Positions 56,575 through 64,000 of a stretch of DNA of 64,000 bases are shown in pieces. The notes beneath the pieces were generated by a model, which was not told the DNA's origin, ran no database searches, and was given only the letters and a program-made list of their open reading frames with translations. This DNA is from Nitrospirota bacterium (GTDB taxonomy: Bacteria; Nitrospirota; UBA9217): contig JAOUEV010000011.1 of the NCBI GenBank assembly GCA_029858565.1, positions 1-64,000 of the forward strand, in the 5' to 3' direction. Each line of letters begins with the position of its first letter. Position 1 is the stretch's first letter. The position numbers were made by a program, and so were the translations under genes.

Positions 56575-56897
56575 CTTTCCAGGGGCGTGCCAACGATCTT
56601 GCCGTATTTCGCGAGCCAGAGCCTCTTCTCCGGGTCCCATCGTCCGCCAGCTGTTTTTGCCTGCGCCCGGGCTGGCAGGTCGGAAACTTCGATGCGCAAG
56701 GGGACAAGGGTGTCCGGGGTATAGCGCCGGGGCGGCGGGGTCCAGTTGGTCCGCTCGACGACCAGCTCGACCGTTTTGAGCCGCTGCCGCGACTGCTCGT
56801 CATATTTGAACCGGATGCAGACCAGGGCATCGCCGTACTTTTCCGCAAGGCCTTTGGTGCCGGGCTGTCCCGGCCTGAGGATCAGGCGTGTTCTCAT
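56550..56897 (-). CDS. Small basic hypothetical protein at the head of the cassette array
   Basis: 115 aa; PGQPGTK.L..KYG..LVCIRFKYD...RLKTVELVV plus a DUF5710-like AK.AGGRWDPEKRLW tail; GGAG RBS. Confidence 0.8.
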   Translation of the reverse strand: MRTRLILRPGQPGTKGLAEKYGDALVCIRFKYDEQSRQRLKTVELVVERTNWTPPPRRYTPDTLVPLRIEVSDLPARAQAKTAGGRWDPEKRLWLAKYGKIVGTPLESYIQVDEP

Positions 56898-57023
56898 TCC
56901 GCTCTCCCTGCGACCGGTTGCGGAACTACGGCTAGAGTAGCATTGATCAGGAAATTCCGCAAGCCGGAAGTTGTCATTTCTTGCATGTAAAGAAACGAAC
57001 GGCAAAAGCAAAGCAACGGCGTC

Positions 57024-57486
57024 TCTCGCAAAGCCGCCAAGCCGCAAAGGGATAAGAACGTCAAAGGCTACAGCCGGTTGACTACCCGTTCGATCCCATC
57101 CTTGATAAGGCTGACGTTAAAATTAACCAACATGGCGAGTTTCAAACCAGTCAACTTCAAATAGGTCGTGACCTGCTTTTTGTGAACAGGCTGAACTTTC
57201 TCCACGGATTTCAACTCAACGATAACCAAATCATTCACGATCAGATCTGCACGAAAGCCAAGGTCCAGTTTCACTTCTTCATACTGCACCGCTACCTCGA
57301 CCTCTTTCGCGCACTTCAGGCCTGCTTTGTTCAATTCATAAATGAGAATTTCAAGATAGACCGATTCCAAAAGACCTGGTCCGAGCTTTTTATGAATTCT
57401 GTAACAACAATCGACAATGATCTTCGATAACTGATTTTCGTCCACGGTTCCCGCCTTTCTTTGCGGCTTAGCGGCTTAGCGCGAGA
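57024..57486. repeat. Inverted repeat pair enclosing the second GxxExxY gene
   Basis: TCTCGCAAAGCCGCCAAGCCGCAAAG (57024-57049) versus CTTTGCGGCTTAGCGGCTTAGCGCGAGA (57459-57486). Confidence 0.88.
57068..57445 (-). CDS. GxxExxY protein (PD-(D/E)XK nuclease superfamily)
   Basis: LGPGLLESVY, FRADLIV...VIVELKS, H.KQV.TYLK. Confidence 0.92.
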   Translation of the reverse strand: MDENQLSKIIVDCCYRIHKKLGPGLLESVYLEILIYELNKAGLKCAKEVEVAVQYEEVKLDLGFRADLIVNDLVIVELKSVEKVQPVHKKQVTTYLKLTGLKLAMLVNFNVSLIKDGIERVVNRL

Positions 57487-57520
57487 AAAATGCATTTGTT
57501 GTTCTGCATTGATGATGATG

Positions 57521-57994
57521 CTATTTGTACTTCCTCACCACCGCCGTCACCACTCCGGCTACTTTCAGCTCCTGCTTCGGCCGGATGGGCGGGTACTTGG
57601 GGTTCGCGGCAACGAGGGTGACGGTGTCCCCGCGCTTGCGGAGGTATTTCATGGTCCATTCGCCGTCCACCTGGGCGATGACGATGTCGCCGCTCTTTGC
57701 CTGGAGGCTCCGGTCGATCAGGACCATGTCACCGGGCATGATCCCCGCGCCGGTCATGGAATCGCCTGACACGTTCAGCAGGAAGGTGGCCTCGCGGTTC
57801 TGGATCAGCAGATCGTCGAGCGACAGGGTGTCGACCAGTTCCTCCTCGGCAGGAGAGGGGAAGCCGGCCTCGACCCGGCCCAGGACCGTGACCTTGCCGC
57901 GGTCCCGTTGATCAGCGAACCTCGCCAGAAACGTGAACGCGGCGCTCTTGTTCGGGAGTCCGGTCGCCTTGCTTGTTGTTATCGCGGTAATCAT
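57521..57994 (-). CDS. S24 peptidase, UmuD/LexA-like, with an eroded N-terminal DNA-binding region
   Basis: VEAGFPSPAEE cleavage motif, V.GDSM, VDGEWTMK, AANPKY. Confidence 0.88.
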   Translation of the reverse strand: MITAITTSKATGLPNKSAAFTFLARFADQRDRGKVTVLGRVEAGFPSPAEEELVDTLSLDDLLIQNREATFLLNVSGDSMTGAGIMPGDMVLIDRSLQAKSGDIVIAQVDGEWTMKYLRKRGDTVTLVAANPKYPPIRPKQELKVAGVVTAVVRKYK

Positions 57995-58001
57995 GGCATC
58001 C

Positions 58002-58030
58002 ATTATAGGTGAACAAGTGTTCACCGTCAA
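58002..58030 (-). promoter_or_regulatory. Sigma70 promoter with a LexA-type operator between -35 and -10
   Basis: Minus strand TTGACG-17 bp-TATAAT; the spacer is the palindrome GGTGAAC-N4-GTTCACC (58008-58025), matching the GAAC-N4-GTTC SOS box. Confidence 0.85.
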
Positions 58031-58043
58031 GAGGTATTTCGGC

Positions 58044-58126
58044 TGTCATTGCGAGCGACCGGGGGAGCGCGGCAATCTCGTCATTAAATACGAGATTGCT
58101 TCGTCATTTCATTCCTCGCAATTACA
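58044..58126. repeat. RPE/REP-like composite palindrome
   Basis: TGTCATTGCGAG...GCAATCTCG-loop-CGAGATTGC...CTCGCAATTACA. Confidence 0.8.
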
Positions 58127-58219
58127 TAATAATCAGCGCTGCGGTATATTCATGTCATTGGATCGGGCGGTGGATGTTATAATTCAAAGGGAGAGGATAA
58201 AGAAGATCAGGATACGATC

Positions 58220-58891
58220 ATGTGCGGCCGCTTTGAGATCCATTCAGCCTTCAAGATCATTGCCGAGCTCTTCGGCATCGACGACCGGTTCTTTGACCTC
58301 CAGCCGAACTACAATGTGGCCCCGTCGCAGGATATCGTCATGGTGGTCAGGGAAGGGGACCGAAAGGCGCTCCGCTTCTGCCGCTGGGGCCTGCTGCCTC
58401 CCTGGGCAAAGGACCCGGCTGAAGGCCACAAGATGATCAATGCCCGGGCTGAGACCGTTGCGGAGAAGCCGAGCTTCCGCACCGCGTTCAAAAGCCATCG
58501 CTGCCTTGTTGTCGCAGACGGGTTCTTTGAATGGCGCAAAGAAGGGACAATAAAAAAGCCGGTCTATGTCAGGCTCCGGTCGCGCCGGCCTTTCGGTTTC
58601 GCGGGCCTGTACTCGGTCTGGACCGATCCCCAGGGCGAAGGGATCTGCACGGCTACGATCATCACCACTGATGCGAACGACCTCCTGCGGCCGGTCCACG
58701 ACCGCATGCCGGTGATCGTTCCGCGCGACAAGCAGGACCTCTGGCTCGATCCCAGGGTGAGCGATCCCGGACTGCTGCGGCCGGTCCTCACACCCTATCC
58801 CGCGGACGAGATGGAGTGCTTCGCGGTCTCGCCGAAGATGAACTCGGTGAAGGTCAATCTTCCGGAGAACATCGAACCGTTTTCAGGGTGA
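58220..58891 (+). CDS. SOS response-associated peptidase (SRAP/HMCES)
   Basis: MCGRF start, NYNVAPSQ, INARAET, GFFEW, HDRMPVI. Confidence 0.95.
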   Translation: MCGRFEIHSAFKIIAELFGIDDRFFDLQPNYNVAPSQDIVMVVREGDRKALRFCRWGLLPPWAKDPAEGHKMINARAETVAEKPSFRTAFKSHRCLVVADGFFEWRKEGTIKKPVYVRLRSRRPFGFAGLYSVWTDPQGEGICTATIITTDANDLLRPVHDRMPVIVPRDKQDLWLDPRVSDPGLLRPVLTPYPADEMECFAVSPKMNSVKVNLPENIEPFSG

Positions 58892-58966
58892 TTAGAATTT
58901 GTTTTTCACAACGAATCTGGTAATATGGGACCGTTTCCATCCTTTGGTAGTGCCGGCGGAAGGCTC

Positions 58967-60601
58967 ATGCGCATCAGTCTCAGTCTGAAATATGTGCTCT
59001 CCCTCACCCTGATCGTGCTCCTGGTGCTCTCGGGCATCTTCTGGGTGCTGACGCGCAGCCACGAGAAGCTTGTCATGGCGCAGATCGAGATGCAGGCGCG
59101 CTCGCTGTTCCAGCAGATCGTCATCACCCGGCGCTGGGTCGCGGACCATGGCGGCGTGTTCGTGGAGAAGCTCCCCTGGGTGCAGCCGAACCCCTTTCTT
59201 CCCAATCCCATCATCACCGATCAGCGCGGCAGGGCCTTTGTCAAGGAAAACCCGGCAATGGTCACGAAACAGCTTTCAAAATACGCCCAGCGCGAAGGGC
59301 TGTATTTCTTCCATATCACGAGCCTCAAACTGATGAATCCCGACAATGCTCCCGATGACTTCGAGATCGCGGCGCTCAAACGTTTTGAGAGCGGCGAGGT
59401 CCCCGAGGTGGCCGGAACGGAAAAGCTGGGCGATACCCATTACTACCGGTACATCGCGCCGCTCAAGGTGGAGCGGGCCTGCCTCGATTGCCATGCCGAC
59501 CAGGGCTACAAGATCGGCGATATCCGGGGCGCCATCAGCGTTTCGGTCCCCATGGATTTTGCCGTGACCGTGATCGAACGGGAGCGTATCATCATCATCG
59601 CCGGTCTTCTTCTGGTCGGCGGGGTGCTGGTCGTCACCCTGTTTTTGGCCACGCGGAGGATCGTTCTGGCCCCCCTGGGCAGGATCCGCGCCCAGATGGC
59701 CGGGTTCTCGTCCCACAGCACTCAGGCAGTCGAGCTGGTGCGGACCGGGGACGAGCTTGAGGACCTGAGCCGGGCATTCGGCGAAATGGCCGGGGCCGTG
59801 CGCGACTACCATTCCTGCCTTCAGGAGAAGATCGCGAACGCCACGCGCGAACTCACGGAAAAGAACATCGCCCTGGAAAAGCTGCACCGGGGCAAGTCCG
59901 ACTTCATCGCCAAGACCTCCCATGAGCTGCGCACGCCGCTCACGTCCATCAAGGGCGCCATGGACTATCTTTCCGTGAAGCTCTCGATGCGCGATACCGA
60001 TGAAGACCGCGACATGCTCGTGTTCTTCGAGACGATCAAGAAGAGCGCCGACCGCCTCATCCGGCTGGTGAACAACATCCTCGAGTACGAGCGCGTCGAA
60101 CTGGGCCGCAGGGAAATGAACATCCGGGACGTCAATCTGAAGGAGCTGTTCCATGAGGTGGTGACCGCCTTCATCCCGCTGGCCGTGGAGAAGGACGTCA
60201 AGATCCGGCTGAAGGCCGAGGACATCACCTGCGGCGTCGATGCCGACCGGATGCGCCAGGTGCTTACGAACCTGCTGTCGAACGCGCTGGTCTTCAGCCC
60301 GTCGGGTTCGGCCATTACCCTCACGCTTGAGAGCAGGAACGGCATGGTCCACGGATCGGTCGAGGACGCGGGCTGCGGGATCCCGGAATCGGAGCGATCG
60401 TCGATCTTCAAGGAGTTCTATACACGGAACGTTTCCGGCGGGACCGGACTGGGCCTGGCGATCTGCAAGAGCATCATCGAGGCGCACGGAGGCGAGATCG
60501 GCGTGACCGGCTCGGACAAGGGCGGCAGCAGGTTCTGGTTCATGGTGCCGGAACAGAGAAAAGGGGAACACGTCGATGAAAAAACGGCTGCTTGTCGTTG
60601 A
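58967..60601 (+). CDS. Sensor histidine kinase with a periplasmic heme-c (DUF3365/Tll0287-like) domain
   Basis: TM, N.PDDFE..AL, CLDCH, GDIRGAISV, TM, HAMP, SHELRTPL, GTGLGL. Confidence 0.92.
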   Translation: MRISLSLKYVLSLTLIVLLVLSGIFWVLTRSHEKLVMAQIEMQARSLFQQIVITRRWVADHGGVFVEKLPWVQPNPFLPNPIITDQRGRAFVKENPAMVTKQLSKYAQREGLYFFHITSLKLMNPDNAPDDFEIAALKRFESGEVPEVAGTEKLGDTHYYRYIAPLKVERACLDCHADQGYKIGDIRGAISVSVPMDFAVTVIERERIIIIAGLLLVGGVLVVTLFLATRRIVLAPLGRIRAQMAGFSSHSTQAVELVRTGDELEDLSRAFGEMAGAVRDYHSCLQEKIANATRELTEKNIALEKLHRGKSDFIAKTSHELRTPLTSIKGAMDYLSVKLSMRDTDEDRDMLVFFETIKKSADRLIRLVNNILEYERVELGRREMNIRDVNLKELFHEVVTAFIPLAVEKDVKIRLKAEDITCGVDADRMRQVLTNLLSNALVFSPSGSAITLTLESRNGMVHGSVEDAGCGIPESERSSIFKEFYTRNVSGGTGLGLAICKSIIEAHGGEIGVTGSDKGGSRFWFMVPEQRKGEHVDEKTAACR

Positions 60602-61250
60602 TGACGATCCGGACATCCTGCGGGTCCTGAAAGCGAACCTTGAACTGTACGGTTATGAAGCTGCTGTTGCCGGGACCTGGGCCGAAGCGAGGAAGAGCCT
60701 CGACGCCCAGCTGCCGGCGCTCATCATCCTGGACCTCACCCTGCCTGACGGAGACGGCATCGAGATATGCAGGGAACTGAAGCGCACCTATCCCAAGATC
60801 CCCATCATCATGCTGACCGCGCGGGACCGCGTGTCCGACAAGGTCCTGGGACTCGAGACCGGCGCGGACGACTACATTGTCAAACCCTTCGAGACCCTGG
60901 AGCTCATGGCGCGCATCAAGGCCTGTTTGCGGCGGACCCAGCCCGCCGAGGAAAAGCTCGTCATCGGCGACCTGACGATCGACCTGAAAGGACGGGTCGT
61001 GCTCGTGAACGGCGCGCCCGTGGACCTGACGCCGAAGGAGTATGACCTGCTCTGCTTTTTCGCCGCGAACCAGGACGAACCGCTCAGCAGGGAATTCATC
61101 CGCAAGTCCATCTGGAAGGACACGCAGATCTATTCCTGGAGCAGGGTCATCGATGTGCACATCCAGCATCTGCGCCAGAAGATCGAGAAGAACCCCCTCG
61201 ACCCCGCTCACCTCATCACCGTGCCCGGCGTGGGATACAAGTTCAAGTAA
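60576..61250 (+). CDS. OmpR-family response regulator
   Basis: VVDDD, LDLTLPDGDG, GADDYIVKPF, LTPKEYDLL, IDVHIQHLRQKIE. Confidence 0.95.
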   Translation: MKKRLLVVDDDPDILRVLKANLELYGYEAAVAGTWAEARKSLDAQLPALIILDLTLPDGDGIEICRELKRTYPKIPIIMLTARDRVSDKVLGLETGADDYIVKPFETLELMARIKACLRRTQPAEEKLVIGDLTIDLKGRVVLVNGAPVDLTPKEYDLLCFFAANQDEPLSREFIRKSIWKDTQIYSWSRVIDVHIQHLRQKIEKNPLDPAHLITVPGVGYKFK

Positions 61251-61329
61251 GAACCGTTGCTCTTTCTTTCACCGGTCGTTTGTTGTGGCACGCCAGGAGT
61301 TCATGATGCTGCAGGTTGGTTATCCTTGA

Positions 61330-61600
61330 AACGGCAGTTGCGAATTGCGGTCAGCCTGAATCGGCTGAATCAGATGGAGCTTGGCTTTACAGAAACAGCG
61401 GGCGCGGCACGGCGCTGTGAATATGCGGTGCCGGCCACCACGCTCCTGGATGGGATCCTGACGATTGCCCTGCATTACCGGGATTGTGAGGATGCCGGGA
61501 ATGTCTTTGACGAACTAAAGAACCTGTCGGGCAGGGGTACTGATGTGCACATCCCGCATCTGCGCCGGAAGTCGAGAAGAATCCTCTTGAACCTGCGCAC
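61330..61600 (+). pseudogene. Decayed duplicate of the response regulator
   Basis: 61531-61590 closely matches 61141-61201 (DVHI.HLR.K) with a 1-bp deletion; upstream boundary approximate. Confidence 0.55.
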
Positions 61601-61943
61601 CGCATCACTGTCCCTGGCATGGGGCGCAAGTTCAAGCAGGCTCCGGCCTTCACTTCAGATCTTTCGGAATTCCGACCCGAGCCGGCCAGGGGAATGACCT
61701 CGTCCTGATGATAAGTATGCTAAACTATAAGTATCTTATGCGAAGCGATATTTGCAGGCATGCTATTCTGTTGAACAGGAAGGATGCTGTTTCCCGGTCA
61801 GGTGACTGCCGTGACAGCATCGGGACGCAGTCCGCAGCAATTTCCCGCGGAATCCCTTCACCACGCCGGATCAGCATTTAAGCAGTGACGCCGGCGCCCG
61901 TTGGCCGTCAGCGCAGGTTTTCCGCAGAACGATAAGGGAAAAT

Positions 61944-63902
61944 ATGCTTTCCAAAGAGTTCGACGCACAGGACGGGAATTCGCGGCAGGCCTACCGCCTT
62001 CTGTTCGAAAGGTCGCAGGACCGGAAACGCATGGAGCAGGACCTTCGGCTGTTCAATGAGATCGTAACCAATATGGCCGAAGGCGTCGTGCTGACGCGGA
62101 CGTCGGACGGGACGATCGTGTATGCCAATCCGACCTTCAACCGGCTGTTCGGCTACGGCCCGGGCGAACTCGATGGCCGGAATGTATCGGTGCTGAACGC
62201 TCCGGGAACCGAGGATTCTGCCGAGGTCGCCGGGCGTATCCAGGAGGAACTGGCGCGCACGGGCGTCTGGAAAGGCGTGATCCGCAATGCAAGAAAAGAC
62301 GGGACCATCTTCTGGTGCGATGCCTCGGTCTCAACACTGGAACATCACCGCTACGGCAATGTATGGATCGGCGTGCACCAGGACATCACGGCGCGTGTGC
62401 TGGCGGAGGAGGAGTATCATCGCCTGAACCGGGAGCTGGAAGATCGCGTGCGCATCAGGACAGCCGAACTCGAAAAAGCCAATCAAACGATCGTTGCCGC
62501 GCTCGAGAATCGAAAAGAGATGGAGGCGGAGCTGCGGCGGGAAAAGAGCAAACTTGAAGGTGTCATCGCCGCCATCGGCGACGGTTTGAGCATCCAGGAC
62601 CGCGATTTCACCATTCTCTTTCAGAACAACGCGCAGCGCGCCTTCATCGGCGACCACGTGGGCGAGAAATGCCACGCGGCCTACGAAGGGAAGGACCGCG
62701 TGTGCGACGGCTGCCCCATGCAGCGGTCGTTCCTGGACGGCGCAGTCCATTCGGCGGAACGGAGGGCCGTGATAAACGGCGAGGAGCGTTTTTTCGACGT
62801 CACCGCATCGCCGGTCAGAAGCGCCGATGGGAGCATGATGGCGGGGATCGAGATCGTCAGAGAGGTTACGGAGAAAAGACGGGCAATGCAGGCCATGCGG
62901 GAGTCCGAGCAGCGGTTCCGCTCCCTGTTCGAGACCATGAAGGACGGGGTGTGCGTTGCGGGCATTGACGGCCGAATCATCATGACGAATCCGGCCATGC
63001 GCGCCATGCTGGGACGGTCCGAAGAGGAGGTCGGCGGCATGGACATGCGCCAGATCCACCCCCAGGACGCGCTCCCGCTGGTGCGCGCCGAGTTCGAGGC
63101 CCATGCCCGTCGCGAACGTCATTTCACGAGGGATATTCCGGTGATGCGGAAGGACGGGAGCGTCTGGTATGCCGACGTCACCACGGCCTGGCTCACCATC
63201 GACGGCGTGCCGCACATGGGAGGCATCTTCCATGACGTTACGGAGCGGAGGGAGCATGTCCGGCAGCTTACCGATGCGCTCCAGCAGAAGGAAATCCTGC
63301 TTCGGGAGGTGTACCATCGCGTCAAGAACAATCTCCAGGTGGTTGCGAGCATGCTCTATCTCCAGTCAGGGACACTGGAGGACCCGGAGGCCCTGCGGAC
63401 CTTCCTGGAAAGCCGCGACCGGGTGATGGCCATGTCGCTTGTGCACGAGCAGCTCTACCGCTCCGAGAACTTCGCGCAGATCGACTTCTCCGGATACCTG
63501 CGCCGGCTCGTTGTATCGCTTTCCCAGACCCATGAAACCGCCTGCAGGTCCGTTGAAATGATCGTGACAACGGGGGACCTGCCGCATTTGAGCATCGACC
63601 AGGCCGTGCCTTGCGGCCTGATCGTGAACGAGCTGGTCCAGAACGCCATGAAGCACGCGTTCCCCTCCGGCCGTCGGGGAAAAGTCGTTGTCGAGGCGGC
63701 CGGCCGGACCGACGGCCTGATCGAGTTTTCCGTTTCCGACGACGGCGCCGGGTTTTCCGCTCTGCCGACGGACCGGTCCCTGGGAATGCAGCTCGTGCAG
63801 TCCCTGGTCCGGCAGCTTGGCGGCGTACTGGAAGCAAAAAATAAAGGAGGAGCGCGGTTCGTCGTCCGGTTCCCGGCGGTGGCTGCGCAACGATCCATAT
63901 GA
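61944..63902 (+). CDS. Cytoplasmic multi-PAS histidine kinase (HisKA_2 type)
   Basis: Three PAS domains, EVYHRVKNNLQ, NELVQNAMKHAF, DDGAGF, SLGMQLV. Confidence 0.92.
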   Translation: MLSKEFDAQDGNSRQAYRLLFERSQDRKRMEQDLRLFNEIVTNMAEGVVLTRTSDGTIVYANPTFNRLFGYGPGELDGRNVSVLNAPGTEDSAEVAGRIQEELARTGVWKGVIRNARKDGTIFWCDASVSTLEHHRYGNVWIGVHQDITARVLAEEEYHRLNRELEDRVRIRTAELEKANQTIVAALENRKEMEAELRREKSKLEGVIAAIGDGLSIQDRDFTILFQNNAQRAFIGDHVGEKCHAAYEGKDRVCDGCPMQRSFLDGAVHSAERRAVINGEERFFDVTASPVRSADGSMMAGIEIVREVTEKRRAMQAMRESEQRFRSLFETMKDGVCVAGIDGRIIMTNPAMRAMLGRSEEEVGGMDMRQIHPQDALPLVRAEFEAHARRERHFTRDIPVMRKDGSVWYADVTTAWLTIDGVPHMGGIFHDVTERREHVRQLTDALQQKEILLREVYHRVKNNLQVVASMLYLQSGTLEDPEALRTFLESRDRVMAMSLVHEQLYRSENFAQIDFSGYLRRLVVSLSQTHETACRSVEMIVTTGDLPHLSIDQAVPCGLIVNELVQNAMKHAFPSGRRGKVVVEAAGRTDGLIEFSVSDDGAGFSALPTDRSLGMQLVQSLVRQLGGVLEAKNKGGARFVVRFPAVAAQRSI

Positions 63903-64000
63903 CGACCCCGAAGATCCTGGTGGTGGAAGACGAAGGCCTCATCGCGATGGAGATCTCCGATCGTTTGCGGAAGCTGGGCTATACAGTAACGGATACGGTT
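63899..64000 (+). CDS. Response regulator receiver domain (5' partial)
   Basis: MTTPKILVVEDEGLIAMEI..RL..LGY; ATGA overlap with the kinase stop. Confidence 0.85.
   Translation, partial: MTTPKILVVEDEGLIAMEISDRLRKLGYTVTDTV

Noticed and set aside
49244-58030. Integron integrase or transposase gene
   Set aside because: No ORF on either strand shows tyrosine-recombinase R-H-R-Y or DDE motifs.
61700-61940. Riboswitch or ncRNA in the long leader of the PAS kinase
   Set aside because: No recognisable conserved motif or convincing structure.
1-64000. tRNA, rRNA or prophage genes
   Set aside because: No cloverleaf, rRNA-like or phage structural signatures were recognised by eye.

Overview
GC-rich bacterial chromosomal window. 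The gene style suggests Nitrospirota or a deltaproteobacterium-like anaerobe, but this is inference only. The core content is a complete nuoA-N complex I operon (22.6-37.5 kb) with a stand-alone cNMP-binding gene inserted between nuoD and nuoE, pepN, a UbiA-family prenyltransferase, an Aas-like acyl-ACP synthetase/acyltransferase next to two patatins, and many signalling genes: two PAS-GGDEF-EAL proteins, a sigma54 two-component pair driving two Cys-rich 'two-CW' genes, an HD-GYP regulator, a CZB chemoreceptor and a heme-c sensor kinase. Three accessory layers stand out. (1) There are two integron-type attC cassette arrays with no integrase in the window (about 1.2-2.9 kb and 51.3-56.45 kb). 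The larger one lies inside an SOS-type unit: LexA-box promoter, umuD/lexA-like gene, [array], pyrimidine-dimer glycosylase, Y-family polymerase. (2) Where intI/attI would be expected at the head of that array there is instead a 115-aa basic non-recombinase ORF followed by five copies of an 18-bp palindrome and a GTTATAC core site. This is the best candidate for an undescribed system. (3) Two GxxExxY nuclease genes are each enclosed by inverted repeats built from 8-9-nt units, and several gene-less copies of the same hairpins sit in intergenic regions. No rRNA, tRNA or CRISPR array was recognised. All protein calls come from motif recognition by eye; no database searches were run.
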